A stretch of DNA of 63,698 nt, counting the filler, from an uncultured Gemmatimonadota bacterium (GTDB taxonomy: Bacteria; Blakebacterota; Blakebacteria; Blakebacterales; Blakebacteraceae): assembly GCA_964576115.1 (NCBI GenBank). It is 3 parts of 3 records of this genome, joined end to end, with 100 filler letters (N's around TTAATTAATTAA, not from the genome) between each part and the next. Parts side by side here need not be neighbours in the genome. Positions count along the whole stretch, not along the records: positions 20,464 to 51,797 come from CAZNUA010000040.1; 2 more parts are not named here. One strand, given 5' to 3'. Under the pieces are notes generated by a model. The model had not been told where the DNA came from. It worked only from the letters and a program-made list of their open reading frames with translations, and did not search any database. Position numbers and translations under genes: made by a program. Shown here in pieces: positions 20,364-33,046 of this stretch. Each line of letters begins with the position of its first letter. The first letter of the stretch is position 1.

Positions 20364-20463
20364 NNNNNNNNNNNNNNNNNNNNNNNNNNNNNNNNNNNNN
20401 NNNNNNNTTAATTAATTAANNNNNNNNNNNNNNNNNNNNNNNNNNNNNNNNNNNNNNNNNNNN
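20364..20463. other. Artificial contig linker (N-TTAATTAATTAA-N)
   Basis: TTAATTAATTAA (20408-20419, stops in all six frames) embedded in N run. Confidence 0.97.
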
Positions 20464-21791
20464 CTCCCGATCTGCGGGTGCTCGGTTTCACCCTCGGGCT
20501 GGTCTTTGCCTGCACCCTGGCCATGGCGTTTGTTGCCGCCGTGCGCAACCGGCGGGCCGATATCTCCCGCACCCTGCGACCGGTCAGCGGAACGACGCGC
20601 CCCGACCACCGGCTCTTCACCCTCAGGAACCTGCTGGTCGCAGGTCAGATTACCGTCTCTCTCGTTCTGCTGGCCGGCGCCGGCCTGCTGCTGCAGTCGG
20701 TCATCCGCCTGCGGGCACAGGATCCGGGATTGGACACGCAGAACACCCTGATCGTCTCCCTCGACAATGAACACGTTCCCCTGGACGATCGGGCCGGGAC
20801 CGATCTCTACGATCGTATCCTGGAACGGATCAGGGGCATACCCGGGGTAGAGGCGGCCACGATCGCCAAAATCCCCCCGCTGGCCGGCCGCACCTGGAGC
20901 ATGACGTTGTTCTTCGAGGGGTACGAAGCCGCCGAGAACGAACAGACGGGAGCCAGGGAGAACTTCGTCGATCCCGGTTTCTTCGACATGATGGGGATTC
21001 GCCTGCTGCAGGGAAGAGGATTTACCGGCGATGATGCCATCGGTTCGGAACAGGTCGCCATCGTCAACGAAGCCCTGGTCAGGAGGTACTGGCCCGACAC
21101 CGATCCGCTCGGCAAGACGATCGAGTGGTGGTCATCGTATGGAGCGGGCGAAGTCTTCCGTGTCATCGGCGTGGTGGAGGATCACTTCTACGCTTATCTC
21201 AGAGAGGGCGTGCGACCGGTGGCGTACTACCCGATCACCCAGTACTTCCTGAAAAATCCCGTTCTCCTGGTACGCACCACCTCCGATCCATACGAGAAGA
21301 TCTCCATGATCCGGGCCGCAGTATACGACATGGATCCCCGCCTGAACCTCTGGAACGAGATCAGCCTCGAGGACCAGATCCGGGCCACCGGCATGAAGGA
21401 GCGTTCGGCGACCATTCTGCTCCTGGCCTTCGCCGGGATCGCCCTGCTGCTGGCGCTGATCGGTACCTACGGCGTCATCGCCGGTTTCGTGACCCGGCGC
21501 CGGCGCGAGATCGGCATCCGGATCGCCCTGGGCGCCCGCAATGGCGAGGTCATGGGTTACATCGTCGGGCGGGGTATGCGGCTGGTCGCCATCGGCGTGA
21601 TCGCGGGGCTGGCTCTCGCCCTGCTCGCCACACGCATTCTCGCAAGCCTGGTATTCGGGGTCGGTACGACCGATCCGGTGACCCTGATCGCGGTCAGCCT
21701 GGTACTGGCCGCCGCCGGCGCCCTGGCCTGCCTCTACCCGGCTCAACGGGCGGTGCGGATCGATCCGATCGAGACCCTGCGGGCGGAGTAG
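20464..21791 (+). CDS. ADOP/MacB-FtsX-type ABC permease, 5'-truncated
   Basis: PDLRVLGFT, LVAGQITVSLVLLAGAGLL, RRREIGIRIALGA, RIDPIETLRAE. Confidence 0.9.
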
Positions 21792-21865
21792 GCGGACGCG
21801 CAGAGAAACGGACGTAAAAGGAACGAACACGCAGAGGAATGGATACGCGGGAAGAAGGACATCGC

Positions 21866-24661
21866 ATGACAGGGAAAACACAACCTGACTTCAACCGGCT
21901 CGTCCGCGACCGGCTCACCCTGCCCGCCCTGGCCCGGCGCGACACCGATTCGGTCATCGACGAGGTTGCCGCCCAGATGGAGGACTGCTACCGGGACGCC
22001 CGCGCCCGGGGAGTGACCGAGGACGAGGCCGTCGCGGACGCCCTCGAACTGGTCGACGACTGGGAGGAGCTGACCGCCGATATCGTCGGCAGCGTGGGAT
22101 CGCACCGCGGCGTCGAGGCCGACCGGTGGCTCGAGGGCCGGGAGGAAGAGCTGCGTGCCTCGGCCGGCCGGTTGGGCGAAGTGCTGGCCGATCTGGGCCG
22201 TGATCTGCGTCTGGCCGCGCGCATGCTGCGTCGCCGGCCGGGCTTCAGTCTTCTGGTCCTGCTCTCGCTCACCATCGGCCTGGGAGCGGCGACAGCCATC
22301 TTCAGCATCACCAACGGTATCCTGTACAAACCTCTGCCGATCGCAGACCCCGACCGGGTGGTGAGTGTCTGGAACGGGGAATTCGGCAGCTTCACCTACC
22401 CCGCCTACAGCGCCCTGCGGCGGGAATGCGCGTCCTTTGTCGACCTGGCGGCCCGCGACGAAACCTGGTTCGCCGATGACGGTGCGGATCCGCTCTTCCT
22501 GCGCTCGGGAGCCGGGAGCGCACGGGTGCGGGTGGGTCTGGCGGCCGGCAACTACTTCTCCGTTCTCGGCGTGCCCGCCGCCCGGGGACGCCTGCTGCGA
22601 CCTGAGGACAACCGGATCGAGGATCCCCGGGCCGTGGCCGTCCTGAGCCACACTTTCTGGCACGAGACCTTCCATGGCGAGTCGGATGTCATCGGCACCG
22701 ATCTCGATATCAGCGGTACCACCTTCCAGGTGATCGGCGTGGCCGCGGAGGGCTTCGACGGCGCCGACCATCGATCGACGATCGATGTCTGGGTACCGGC
22801 CGTCATGGCCCGGGCCTTCCAGTCTCCGGAGAGCGAAACGCAACTTGTTCGCGGGGACAGTTTTCACTGGGTCAGTATCGTCGGCCGGTTGAAACCGGGC
22901 GTGAGCCTCGAACAGGTCCGGGAACGGGTGGACACGATCGCCGGAACCCCCGGTGTGCTTCCCGGCAGCATGGAGCAGAGAACGATCACGGTGCGACCGA
23001 TCATGGCCACCACCGTGCACCCCCTGCTCAGGGAGCGGACCGTCGCCTACCTGACGACCCTCATGCTGGCGGTCGGCCTGGTTCTGGTCGTGGTCGGTGT
23101 GAACGTGACCAACCTCCATCTGGCACGGATGGAAGAACGGCGGGCTGAGATCGCGATCCGTCGCGCCCTCGGGGCCGGCAGCGGCGCCCTGCTGCGCCAG
23201 CACCTGTTCGAGGGCGGTCTGCTGGCCCTGGCCGGCGGTGCCGGCGCCCTGCTCTGCTCGGTCTGGCTCGACGACATACTGCTGCGCCTGCTGGCCCGGG
23301 GCATCTCCCTGCCCGGGACGCGGGCCGACATCGATCCCGACCTGCGGGTCATCGCCTTCATGCTGGGCCTGGTGATCATCAGCGGTCTCGTCATGGGGGT
23401 GATTCCGGCACTGCGCACCCGCCGATCCGATATCACTCTGTCGCTGCGACCCGGCTCCCGCATCACCGACGTACGCCCGCGTCGACCCGGTCTCCAGAGC
23501 TTCCTGGTTATCGGTCAGCTCACCCTCTCACTGGTTTTGCTCACAGGCGCCGGCCTGCTGCTGCGTTCGGTCCTCGCTCTTTCCCGCCAGGATCCGGGAT
23601 TCGATTCGGAGAACGTTCTGATCCTTTCGCTGCACAACGAACAGGTGCCCCTCGATCCGGCCGCCGGAGCGGCCCTGTATGCCGGAATCGCCGAACGGGT
23701 CCGGTCGATGCCCGGTGTCGAGGACGTCAGCCTGGCCACGGTTGTTCCCCTCTCGGGCCAGACCTGGGGGGGACGGGTGGAATTCGAAGGCTACGAACCG
23801 GGACCGGATGAAGGAGTCCGGGTTGCGGAGAACTATGTCGAGCCCGGTTTCTTCCACCTGCTGGGCATCCCGCTGAGGCGGGGTCGCGACTTCACCGACG
23901 CCGATGCCGCCGGTACACAACGGGTTGCGATCGTGAACGAATCGCTCGCCCGGCGCTACTGGCCCGACGAGGATCCGGTCGGTCAGACCGTCCGCTGCCT
24001 GGATCCGCCGGTCGAAAACGAACGTATCCGGGTCATCGGGGTGGTCGCCGACCACTACTATTCTCACCTGCGCCAGGGGGTGGTGCCGCTCATCTACCAC
24101 CCGCTCGCCCAGGTCTTTGTGAAAAATCCGAACCTGCTGGTGAAAACGACCTCCGATCCCTACCGGAAGATGCAGCCGATCCGGGCCGCGGTTCTCGACC
24201 GGGCTCCCCGGTTCACCATCCACGGCGAGATTTCGCTCGAAGATCAGATCCGGCGACAGACACCGAGGGAACGGGCGACCATGATCCTGCTCGTGGCCTT
24301 TGCCGGCATCGCCCTGGTGCTGGCCCTGCTCGGCACCTACGGTATCGTCGCCGGCTTCGTGACCCGGCGCCGGCGCGAGATCGGTGTCCGGCTCGCCCTG
24401 GGGGCGCGCAATGGCGAGGTCGTGGGGTACATCTTCGGTCGGGGCATGCGCCTGATCGTCATCGGCGTGATCGCGGGACTGGTTCTGTCGCTGCTCGCCA
24501 CCCGCATCTTCACGCGGCTCATATTCGGGATCAGTCCGACCGACCCGGTCACCCTTATCGCCGTCAGCCTAGTTCTGGCCGGTGCCGGCGCCCTGGCCTG
24601 CCTGGTTCCCGCCCGGCGGGCGGTCCGGATCGATCCGATCGAGACCCTGCGGGCGGAGTAA
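21866..24661 (+). CDS. ADOP-type duplicated ABC permease with N-terminal permease-prefix domain
   Basis: IDEVAAQMED..ARGVTEDEA prefix; DLRLAARMLRRRPGF; two FtsX halves; RIDPIETLRAE. Confidence 0.92.
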   Translation: MTGKTQPDFNRLVRDRLTLPALARRDTDSVIDEVAAQMEDCYRDARARGVTEDEAVADALELVDDWEELTADIVGSVGSHRGVEADRWLEGREEELRASAGRLGEVLADLGRDLRLAARMLRRRPGFSLLVLLSLTIGLGAATAIFSITNGILYKPLPIADPDRVVSVWNGEFGSFTYPAYSALRRECASFVDLAARDETWFADDGADPLFLRSGAGSARVRVGLAAGNYFSVLGVPAARGRLLRPEDNRIEDPRAVAVLSHTFWHETFHGESDVIGTDLDISGTTFQVIGVAAEGFDGADHRSTIDVWVPAVMARAFQSPESETQLVRGDSFHWVSIVGRLKPGVSLEQVRERVDTIAGTPGVLPGSMEQRTITVRPIMATTVHPLLRERTVAYLTTLMLAVGLVLVVVGVNVTNLHLARMEERRAEIAIRRALGAGSGALLRQHLFEGGLLALAGGAGALLCSVWLDDILLRLLARGISLPGTRADIDPDLRVIAFMLGLVIISGLVMGVIPALRTRRSDITLSLRPGSRITDVRPRRPGLQSFLVIGQLTLSLVLLTGAGLLLRSVLALSRQDPGFDSENVLILSLHNEQVPLDPAAGAALYAGIAERVRSMPGVEDVSLATVVPLSGQTWGGRVEFEGYEPGPDEGVRVAENYVEPGFFHLLGIPLRRGRDFTDADAAGTQRVAIVNESLARRYWPDEDPVGQTVRCLDPPVENERIRVIGVVADHYYSHLRQGVVPLIYHPLAQVFVKNPNLLVKTTSDPYRKMQPIRAAVLDRAPRFTIHGEISLEDQIRRQTPRERATMILLVAFAGIALVLALLGTYGIVAGFVTRRRREIGVRLALGARNGEVVGYIFGRGMRLIVIGVIAGLVLSLLATRIFTRLIFGISPTDPVTLIAVSLVLAGAGALACLVPARRAVRIDPIETLRAE

Positions 24662-24745
24662 CCAGAGCCGGAGCGGATTGCCGGCGGGTGAGGCGCAGCA
24701 CACCGAGCGAGAGGGCGAGCGCGAACGGGTGACGGGAGCGGCGCC

Positions 24746-25546
24746 CTATTCCCCCTGATCGAGGCGGTATTCTTTCCAGCCGGGCAGCAGGGCGGCCAGC
24801 AGGGTGAAGACGGCCGCTATACCCAGAGCAATCAGGACCGCAGCGGCATCGGAAATTTCACGGACCGGTATGATGGCCCCGAAAATCGCCGCCCGCAGAT
24901 CCTGCCCTCCGGCCTGGGGCATGGACGGGAAAAGGACGTGCAGATAGTGGGCGATCGAGAATAAGCGGATGCTGCCGGGCAGAGCCGAGACGAGCCGTTC
25001 CCAGCCGAAAATGAAGAGCAATCCGACCAGGACGGGACGCTTCATCAGCCCCCCGAACAGCGTGAAGAAGGGCAGGTAGGCCACCAGTCCGAGCAGCAGA
25101 ACCGCCTGACCGGAAAGCAGGACCGAGATATTGGCGCTCATGCCCCCCGAATCGGGATCGGCCACCAGCACCACCCAGGTACAGAACAACGAGAGAGTCA
25201 GAATGAGGCCGAGGGTGATGACGCCGGCCAGCATTTTGGACAGGACGATCGCCGGACGCGGTACGGGTCTCAGGAGCAGGTAAGGCAGCGTGCGCTCGTC
25301 GACCTCGTCGGCAATCACGGCGGCACCAACAAAGACCGCCACCAGGGGCAGCAGGATGTCGAGATAGAGCAGCTGCCCCAGCTGGGGGTAGAGTTCCCAC
25401 AGACCGACCCCTTCGGGTTCGAGCAGGGGCTTGAAGAGCCAGAGGAGCACGGCACAGCCGACCGGGAACAGGCCGAGGACCACCATCCACCAGGTGCGCC
25501 GGCTGTGGGTGCCGGCCCGCAGGAAGAATGTCGTCAGGTAGCGCAC
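24746..25546 (-). CDS. ABC-2 type transporter permease
   Basis: IADEVDERTLPYLLLRPVPRPAIVLSK; 6 TMs. Confidence 0.85.
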   Translation of the reverse strand: MRYLTTFFLRAGTHSRRTWWMVVLGLFPVGCAVLLWLFKPLLEPEGVGLWELYPQLGQLLYLDILLPLVAVFVGAAVIADEVDERTLPYLLLRPVPRPAIVLSKMLAGVITLGLILTLSLFCTWVVLVADPDSGGMSANISVLLSGQAVLLLGLVAYLPFFTLFGGLMKRPVLVGLLFIFGWERLVSALPGSIRLFSIAHYLHVLFPSMPQAGGQDLRAAIFGAIIPVREISDAAAVLIALGIAAVFTLLAALLPGWKEYRLDQGE

Positions 25547-25550
25547 GGCC

Positions 25551-26468
25551 TCACCTCACCAGGTATCCGAAGACCGCTTCGAGGTTCTCGTCGGGCGAGA
25601 AGAGCGAGCGGATCGTGATGCCGTTCTCGAGCAGGAGCGCGGGGAGCCGGGCGTGGAATTCGTCAGGCCGGTTGGTTTCGGCGGTGAGCTGGTTCCGGGC
25701 CCGGTCGAAATTGACGCTCAGCACGTCCTCGTACTCCATGAGCAGGGCGGTCAGGACGTTGACGTTGTCGCAGCGGATGGTGACCTGCAGGGGGTGGGTG
25801 TCGATCAGGCGGCGGATCTCGTAGATATTGCCCTCGGCCAGCAGGCGGCCGTGGTTGATCAGCACGATTGTGTCGGTCATCTCTTCGACTTCGTGCAGGA
25901 TATGGCTCGAGACCACGACCGTTCGGCCCTCTTCCCCCAGGCGTTTGACCAGATCGATCGCCGAACGCCGACCGAGCGGATCCATGCCGTTCAAGGGCTC
26001 ATCCAGAAAGAGCACGTCAGGATCGTGAGCGATCGCCTGGGCCACCTTGATACGCTGGCGCATGCCCTTCGAGTATCCGGCGATCTTCTTCCCGCCCGCC
26101 TCGACCATGTCCATGACCTCGAGCGCGGCCCCGGCCCGCCCGTCTGCTTCGGCGGCATCGAAGCCGTGGATCCGGAGCAGACCGGTCACGAACTCCCGGC
26201 CGGTCAGGTAGCCCCAGAAGGCATCGGCCTCGGGGCAGTAGCCGACTCCCCGCATCAGACCGGGATTGTTCCAGACCCTTTCTTCGGAAAGGGTCACCTG
26301 CCCCTGCGAGGCTTTGAGCTGGCCGGTCATGAGACGCAGCAGAGTGGTCTTGCCCGCCCCGTTCGGACCCAGAAAACCGGTCACGCCGGGGCCGATCTCG
26401 AAGGTGAGATCGTTGACCCCGATCACCTGTCCGTACCACTTCGAGAGATGCTCGGCCCGGATGCTCAT
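25551..26468 (-). CDS. ABC transporter ATP-binding protein
   Basis: MSIRAEHLSKWYGQV; GPNGAGKTT; YSKGMRQR; LDEPLNGMDP; SSH. Confidence 0.93.
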   Translation of the reverse strand: MSIRAEHLSKWYGQVIGVNDLTFEIGPGVTGFLGPNGAGKTTLLRLMTGQLKASQGQVTLSEERVWNNPGLMRGVGYCPEADAFWGYLTGREFVTGLLRIHGFDAAEADGRAGAALEVMDMVEAGGKKIAGYSKGMRQRIKVAQAIAHDPDVLFLDEPLNGMDPLGRRSAIDLVKRLGEEGRTVVVSSHILHEVEEMTDTIVLINHGRLLAEGNIYEIRRLIDTHPLQVTIRCDNVNVLTALLMEYEDVLSVNFDRARNQLTAETNRPDEFHARLPALLLENGITIRSLFSPDENLEAVFGYLVR

Positions 26469-27313
26469 GTCACCACCTCGGTGGGCCGCACCCGCAGCCA
26501 GAGGACGAGCAGGGCCAGTCCGATGATGAGGCCGATCACGGCCAGTCCGAGCCAGGAGGAGAATGCGAAGGGCGCTTCGAGACCGAAGAGAAGGGCGTTG
26601 GACTGCCGCAGCAGGGTCGTCGGAGAGATGAGACCCACCTCGGGTATCCGGTTGAGGATCTCGCGGAAGAGGTCGGTGATGAAGATCAGGGCGAAGAAGA
26701 GGATCCCGGCCTGACGGGGACCCTTGAGGGCCGCCGAGAGAGCCAGCATGATCCCGCCGAGGGTGCCGACCATGAGCAGGCTCTGGGCTGTAACGGCGAA
26801 GGGCACCCACCAGAATTCGGCCCCGAATCCGCTCTCGCGCGTGAGCAGGAGCTGCAGGACGAAGAGCACGAGACCCGGCGCCAGAGTGATGAGAGCGCCG
26901 TACCAGCCGAGGGTCAGGAACTTGCCCAGGATGTAATCGCCGAAACCGACCGGCTTGGAGAAATAGATCTGCAGAGCGCGGAAACGACGGTCGTTGGCAA
27001 TCAGCCCTGCCCCGGAAAGAACCATCATGAGGATCAGAAAAAACGTCTGGCCCTGCAGAAAAGCGGAGAAGAACTGTTCGTCGATCACGAGATCCCGAAC
27101 CACGTCGGCGAGCTGGGGAAAATCCGCCAGCCGGGTAGCGGCGTAGATCTGCCCCAACCGTACCAGAAAGGGGAGCGCGGCCAGGATCAGGAGCAGGATC
27201 ATGGCCCGTTTCCAGAGCAGCGAAGCCCCGGTGCGCGAGATGATCCACCAGGTGCGCGGGCGGGCCTCGAGCCGCCCGTGCCAGGGGCGGTAGATTTCCT
27301 CATAGATCGGCAC
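26465..27313 (-). CDS. ABC-2 type transporter permease
   Basis: GAGLIANDRRFRALQIYFSKPV..YILGK; multiple TMs. Confidence 0.87.
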   Translation of the reverse strand: MPIYEEIYRPWHGRLEARPRTWWIISRTGASLLWKRAMILLLILAALPFLVRLGQIYAATRLADFPQLADVVRDLVIDEQFFSAFLQGQTFFLILMMVLSGAGLIANDRRFRALQIYFSKPVGFGDYILGKFLTLGWYGALITLAPGLVLFVLQLLLTRESGFGAEFWWVPFAVTAQSLLMVGTLGGIMLALSAALKGPRQAGILFFALIFITDLFREILNRIPEVGLISPTTLLRQSNALLFGLEAPFAFSSWLGLAVIGLIIGLALLVLWLRVRPTEVVT

Positions 27314-28226
27314 GGGCGTCCTCCCCGATCAGCTTCATGAAGACATCCTCAAGGGTCTGCACGCTGGTCACCAGACGCCGGAGTTGCACATCCGATTCCC
27401 TGACTGCCTCCAGGATCAACTCGGTCCCCTGCCCGGCCGGCAGGGTGACATCGAGCAGATGCTTGCCGTTGGATTCGACCGTACAGCCGCGGTTTTGCAG
27501 GGCGGTTTCGAAAGCTTCCTGTTCACCCTCGATCCGGACCGTGTAGGCGCCCGACCAGGTGCCGCGCAGTTCGGCTACGGTTCCCTCTTTGAGCGCTTTG
27601 CCCCGGTTCATGATGACGACCCGGTCGCAGGTGCGCTCGACGTCGACCAGGATATGCGTGGCCAGAACGATGCTCATCTCGCCGCGACCGGAGATGTTCT
27701 GAATCAGATCGAGCATCTCCTGCCGGCCCTTCGGATCCATGCCGCTGGTGGGTTCGTCCAGAAAGAGCAGCCGGGGATCGTGCACCAGCGCCTGGGCAAG
27801 TTTGATGCGCTGCTTCATCCCCGAGGAATAGGTCTCGACCTTGCGATAGCGGGCTTCTTCGAGTCCGACAAGAAAGAGCACTTCGTGGGCCCGTTGCATG
27901 GCATCGACGCGATGCATGCCGCACAGCTCGCCGGCGTATTGCACCATGCCGATCCCGGTCAATCCGGGGATCAGGCAGTCGTCCTCGGGCATGTAACCGA
28001 TGGTCTGCAGAACGGCCTTCGGTTCGACGGCGATATCGCGTCCCAGCACCGTGGCCGAGCCGGCCGCGACCGGCACCAGGCCCAGCAGGCCCTTGATGAG
28101 ACTGGATTTGCCGGCTCCGTTGGGTCCCAGCAGGCCGGTCGAGCCGGGGGGAAAGGTCGCCGAGACGGCATCCACGGCCCGCAGCTCGCCGTAGGTGATA
28201 GTGAATTCCGACAGTGTGACCGACAC
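27300..28226 (-). CDS. ABC transporter ATP-binding protein
   Basis: GPNGAGKSS; YSSGMKQRIKLAQALVHDP; LDEPTSGMDP. Confidence 0.93.
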   Translation of the reverse strand: MSVTLSEFTITYGELRAVDAVSATFPPGSTGLLGPNGAGKSSLIKGLLGLVPVAAGSATVLGRDIAVEPKAVLQTIGYMPEDDCLIPGLTGIGMVQYAGELCGMHRVDAMQRAHEVLFLVGLEEARYRKVETYSSGMKQRIKLAQALVHDPRLLFLDEPTSGMDPKGRQEMLDLIQNISGRGEMSIVLATHILVDVERTCDRVVIMNRGKALKEGTVAELRGTWSGAYTVRIEGEQEAFETALQNRGCTVESNGKHLLDVTLPAGQGTELILEAVRESDVQLRRLVTSVQTLEDVFMKLIGEDARADL

Positions 28227-28385
28227 GCATCGTCCCGGGTTCGGGGGAAAACCGTCCTCTTCCGTCGCCCTCTGCTACGTGTCAGCCTGCGGTTGGTTTC
28301 ATATGAGCTGTCGAATAGTGTGAACTTCACACTATGGCAGCGGACGGACGCGCCCGCTGGCACCGGCAGACAGGGAGAGCCCGAC

Positions 28386-28958
28386 TTACTTGCGCCGGTA
28401 AACCAGATGGGCCGAGGCGGGTCCGCCGGTGGGTGAATCAGGCAGCCATTCGCGGATCACGAGGCGCTCTCCCTCCGGAGTACTCGTCAGCGCCACGATC
28501 TGGCGCCGCACCAGAGTGCGCGAGTTGAAACCCATAGGGATGGTGGAGACCGAATCCACCACCAGGTTCTCCCCCTCCCAGGTACAGGTCACCACCTCGT
28601 CGCGATCAACGTCGTCATTCGGGTGCGATTCACCGTCAGTAAGCCACACCCGGGTCCGCCACTCGGATTCCCTGAGTCTCCCCCGGCGGTCGTCCCAGGC
28701 CTTGTAGACCAGGGTGATCTTCTCGCCCTCGGAGCTGATCTCTATCTCGGCCCCGGGGATGTAGGTCCGCATATTATCGGTCCGGCCGTCGTCCGGTTGG
28801 CGGGTCTCCTCTTTGACCAGCACCCACTCGCCGGAGAAATCGGGATGCTCCTGGGCCCGAAGGACCGAGGACGAAAGGAGGAGCAGCAAACCGGTCGATA
28901 CCAGAAACGGGATCGGAGGGTGGACAGCACCGAACCGACGGGCAGTAATCATATTCAT
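28386..28958 (-). CDS. Secreted hypothetical protein (lipocalin-like PDFSGEW start)
   Basis: AAGGAG RBS; signal peptide ending LRA-Q; PDFSGEWVL; ends LVYRRK. Confidence 0.65.
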   Translation of the reverse strand: MNMITARRFGAVHPPIPFLVSTGLLLLLSSSVLRAQEHPDFSGEWVLVKEETRQPDDGRTDNMRTYIPGAEIEISSEGEKITLVYKAWDDRRGRLRESEWRTRVWLTDGESHPNDDVDRDEVVTCTWEGENLVVDSVSTIPMGFNSRTLVRRQIVALTSTPEGERLVIREWLPDSPTGGPASAHLVYRRK

Positions 28959-29086
28959 GGTCCACTCCTTAGATCAGCTGTTGTTGTCATCTGTTGATAT
29001 ATACGCCCGGAAACGGATCCGGTTGCATCGGATCGAACTGGATCGAATCACACCGGGCGAAGAAAATCCGATGGAGCACAACCTGC

Positions 29087-29192
29087 CCGGATGCAACCTG
29101 ATCGAGTGAAGCACGATCGATTGAATCTATCCGGATGCAATCTGACCGAGTGAAGCGCGATCGATTGAATCTATCCGAATGCAACCTGACCG
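29087..29192. repeat. 44-bp tandem repeat, about 2.4 copies, in a divergent intergenic region
   Basis: ccggatgcaacctgatcgagtgaagcacgatcgattgaatctat / ccggatgcaatctgaccgagtgaagcgcgatcgattgaatctat / ccgaatgcaacctgaccg. Confidence 0.85.
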
Positions 29193-29206
29193 GAGCAGAG
29201 TTCGTA

Positions 29207-29240
29207 TATCTGGTCACGCAATATATCATCAGACCAGATA
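29207..29240. promoter_or_regulatory. Inverted repeat, possible PadR operator
   Basis: tatctggtc-N16-gaccagata in AT-rich DNA about 100 bp upstream of the PadR gene. Confidence 0.35.
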
Positions 29241-29342
29241 CCGGGCGGGATTCCCCGGCGAACCGTGGCCCGGCAACACCCTGTCCCTGCGGGGAACGCG
29301 GTGCCGGGGAACGCGGTGCAAGGATCGCGGAAGGAGCCGGCG

Positions 29343-29675
29343 ATGTTCACACCGGAACAGAAGAAAGGCAGCGTCGAACTCCTGGTCCTGACGATGCTCG
29401 ACGAGGAGCCCCGGCACGGCTACGACATCGGCAAGCGCATCGAACTGCGCTCGGGGGGCCGGCTGACCTTCAACCCCTCGACCCTCTACCCCGTTCTCTA
29501 CCGCATGGAAAACCAGGGGTGGATCAAGGGAGTCTGGGTCGAGAAGGAAGGCAAGCGCCGCCGCTGCTACTACCACCTGACCACCGACGGCAAGAAGATC
29601 CTGGCCGAGAAGGTCAAAGGCTGGCAGGAGTTCACCGACGCCGTCAACGAGGCTATCGGACTGAGTAATGCCTGA
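29343..29675 (+). CDS. PadR family transcriptional regulator
   Basis: KKGSVELLVL..RHGYDI..STLYPVLYRME..RRRCYYHLTTDG. Confidence 0.93.
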   Translation: MFTPEQKKGSVELLVLTMLDEEPRHGYDIGKRIELRSGGRLTFNPSTLYPVLYRMENQGWIKGVWVEKEGKRRRCYYHLTTDGKKILAEKVKGWQEFTDAVNEAIGLSNA

Positions 29676-29733
29676 ACTGCGCGGACCGGGATAAAGCGGC
29701 AGCGGTGCGAACCGGGGCGGCGTTCCGGCCGCC

Positions 29734-33018
<3,285 letters not shown>

Positions 33019-33046
33019 CTATCGGTTCGCGGTACGACCGGATGCG

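Noticed and set aside
21793-21855. About 16-bp degenerate purine-rich repeats between the ADOP permeases
   Set aside because: Too degenerate to distinguish from low-complexity spacer
29087-29192. CRISPR array
   Set aside because: Head-to-tail 44-bp units without unique spacers, under 3 copies, and no cas genes
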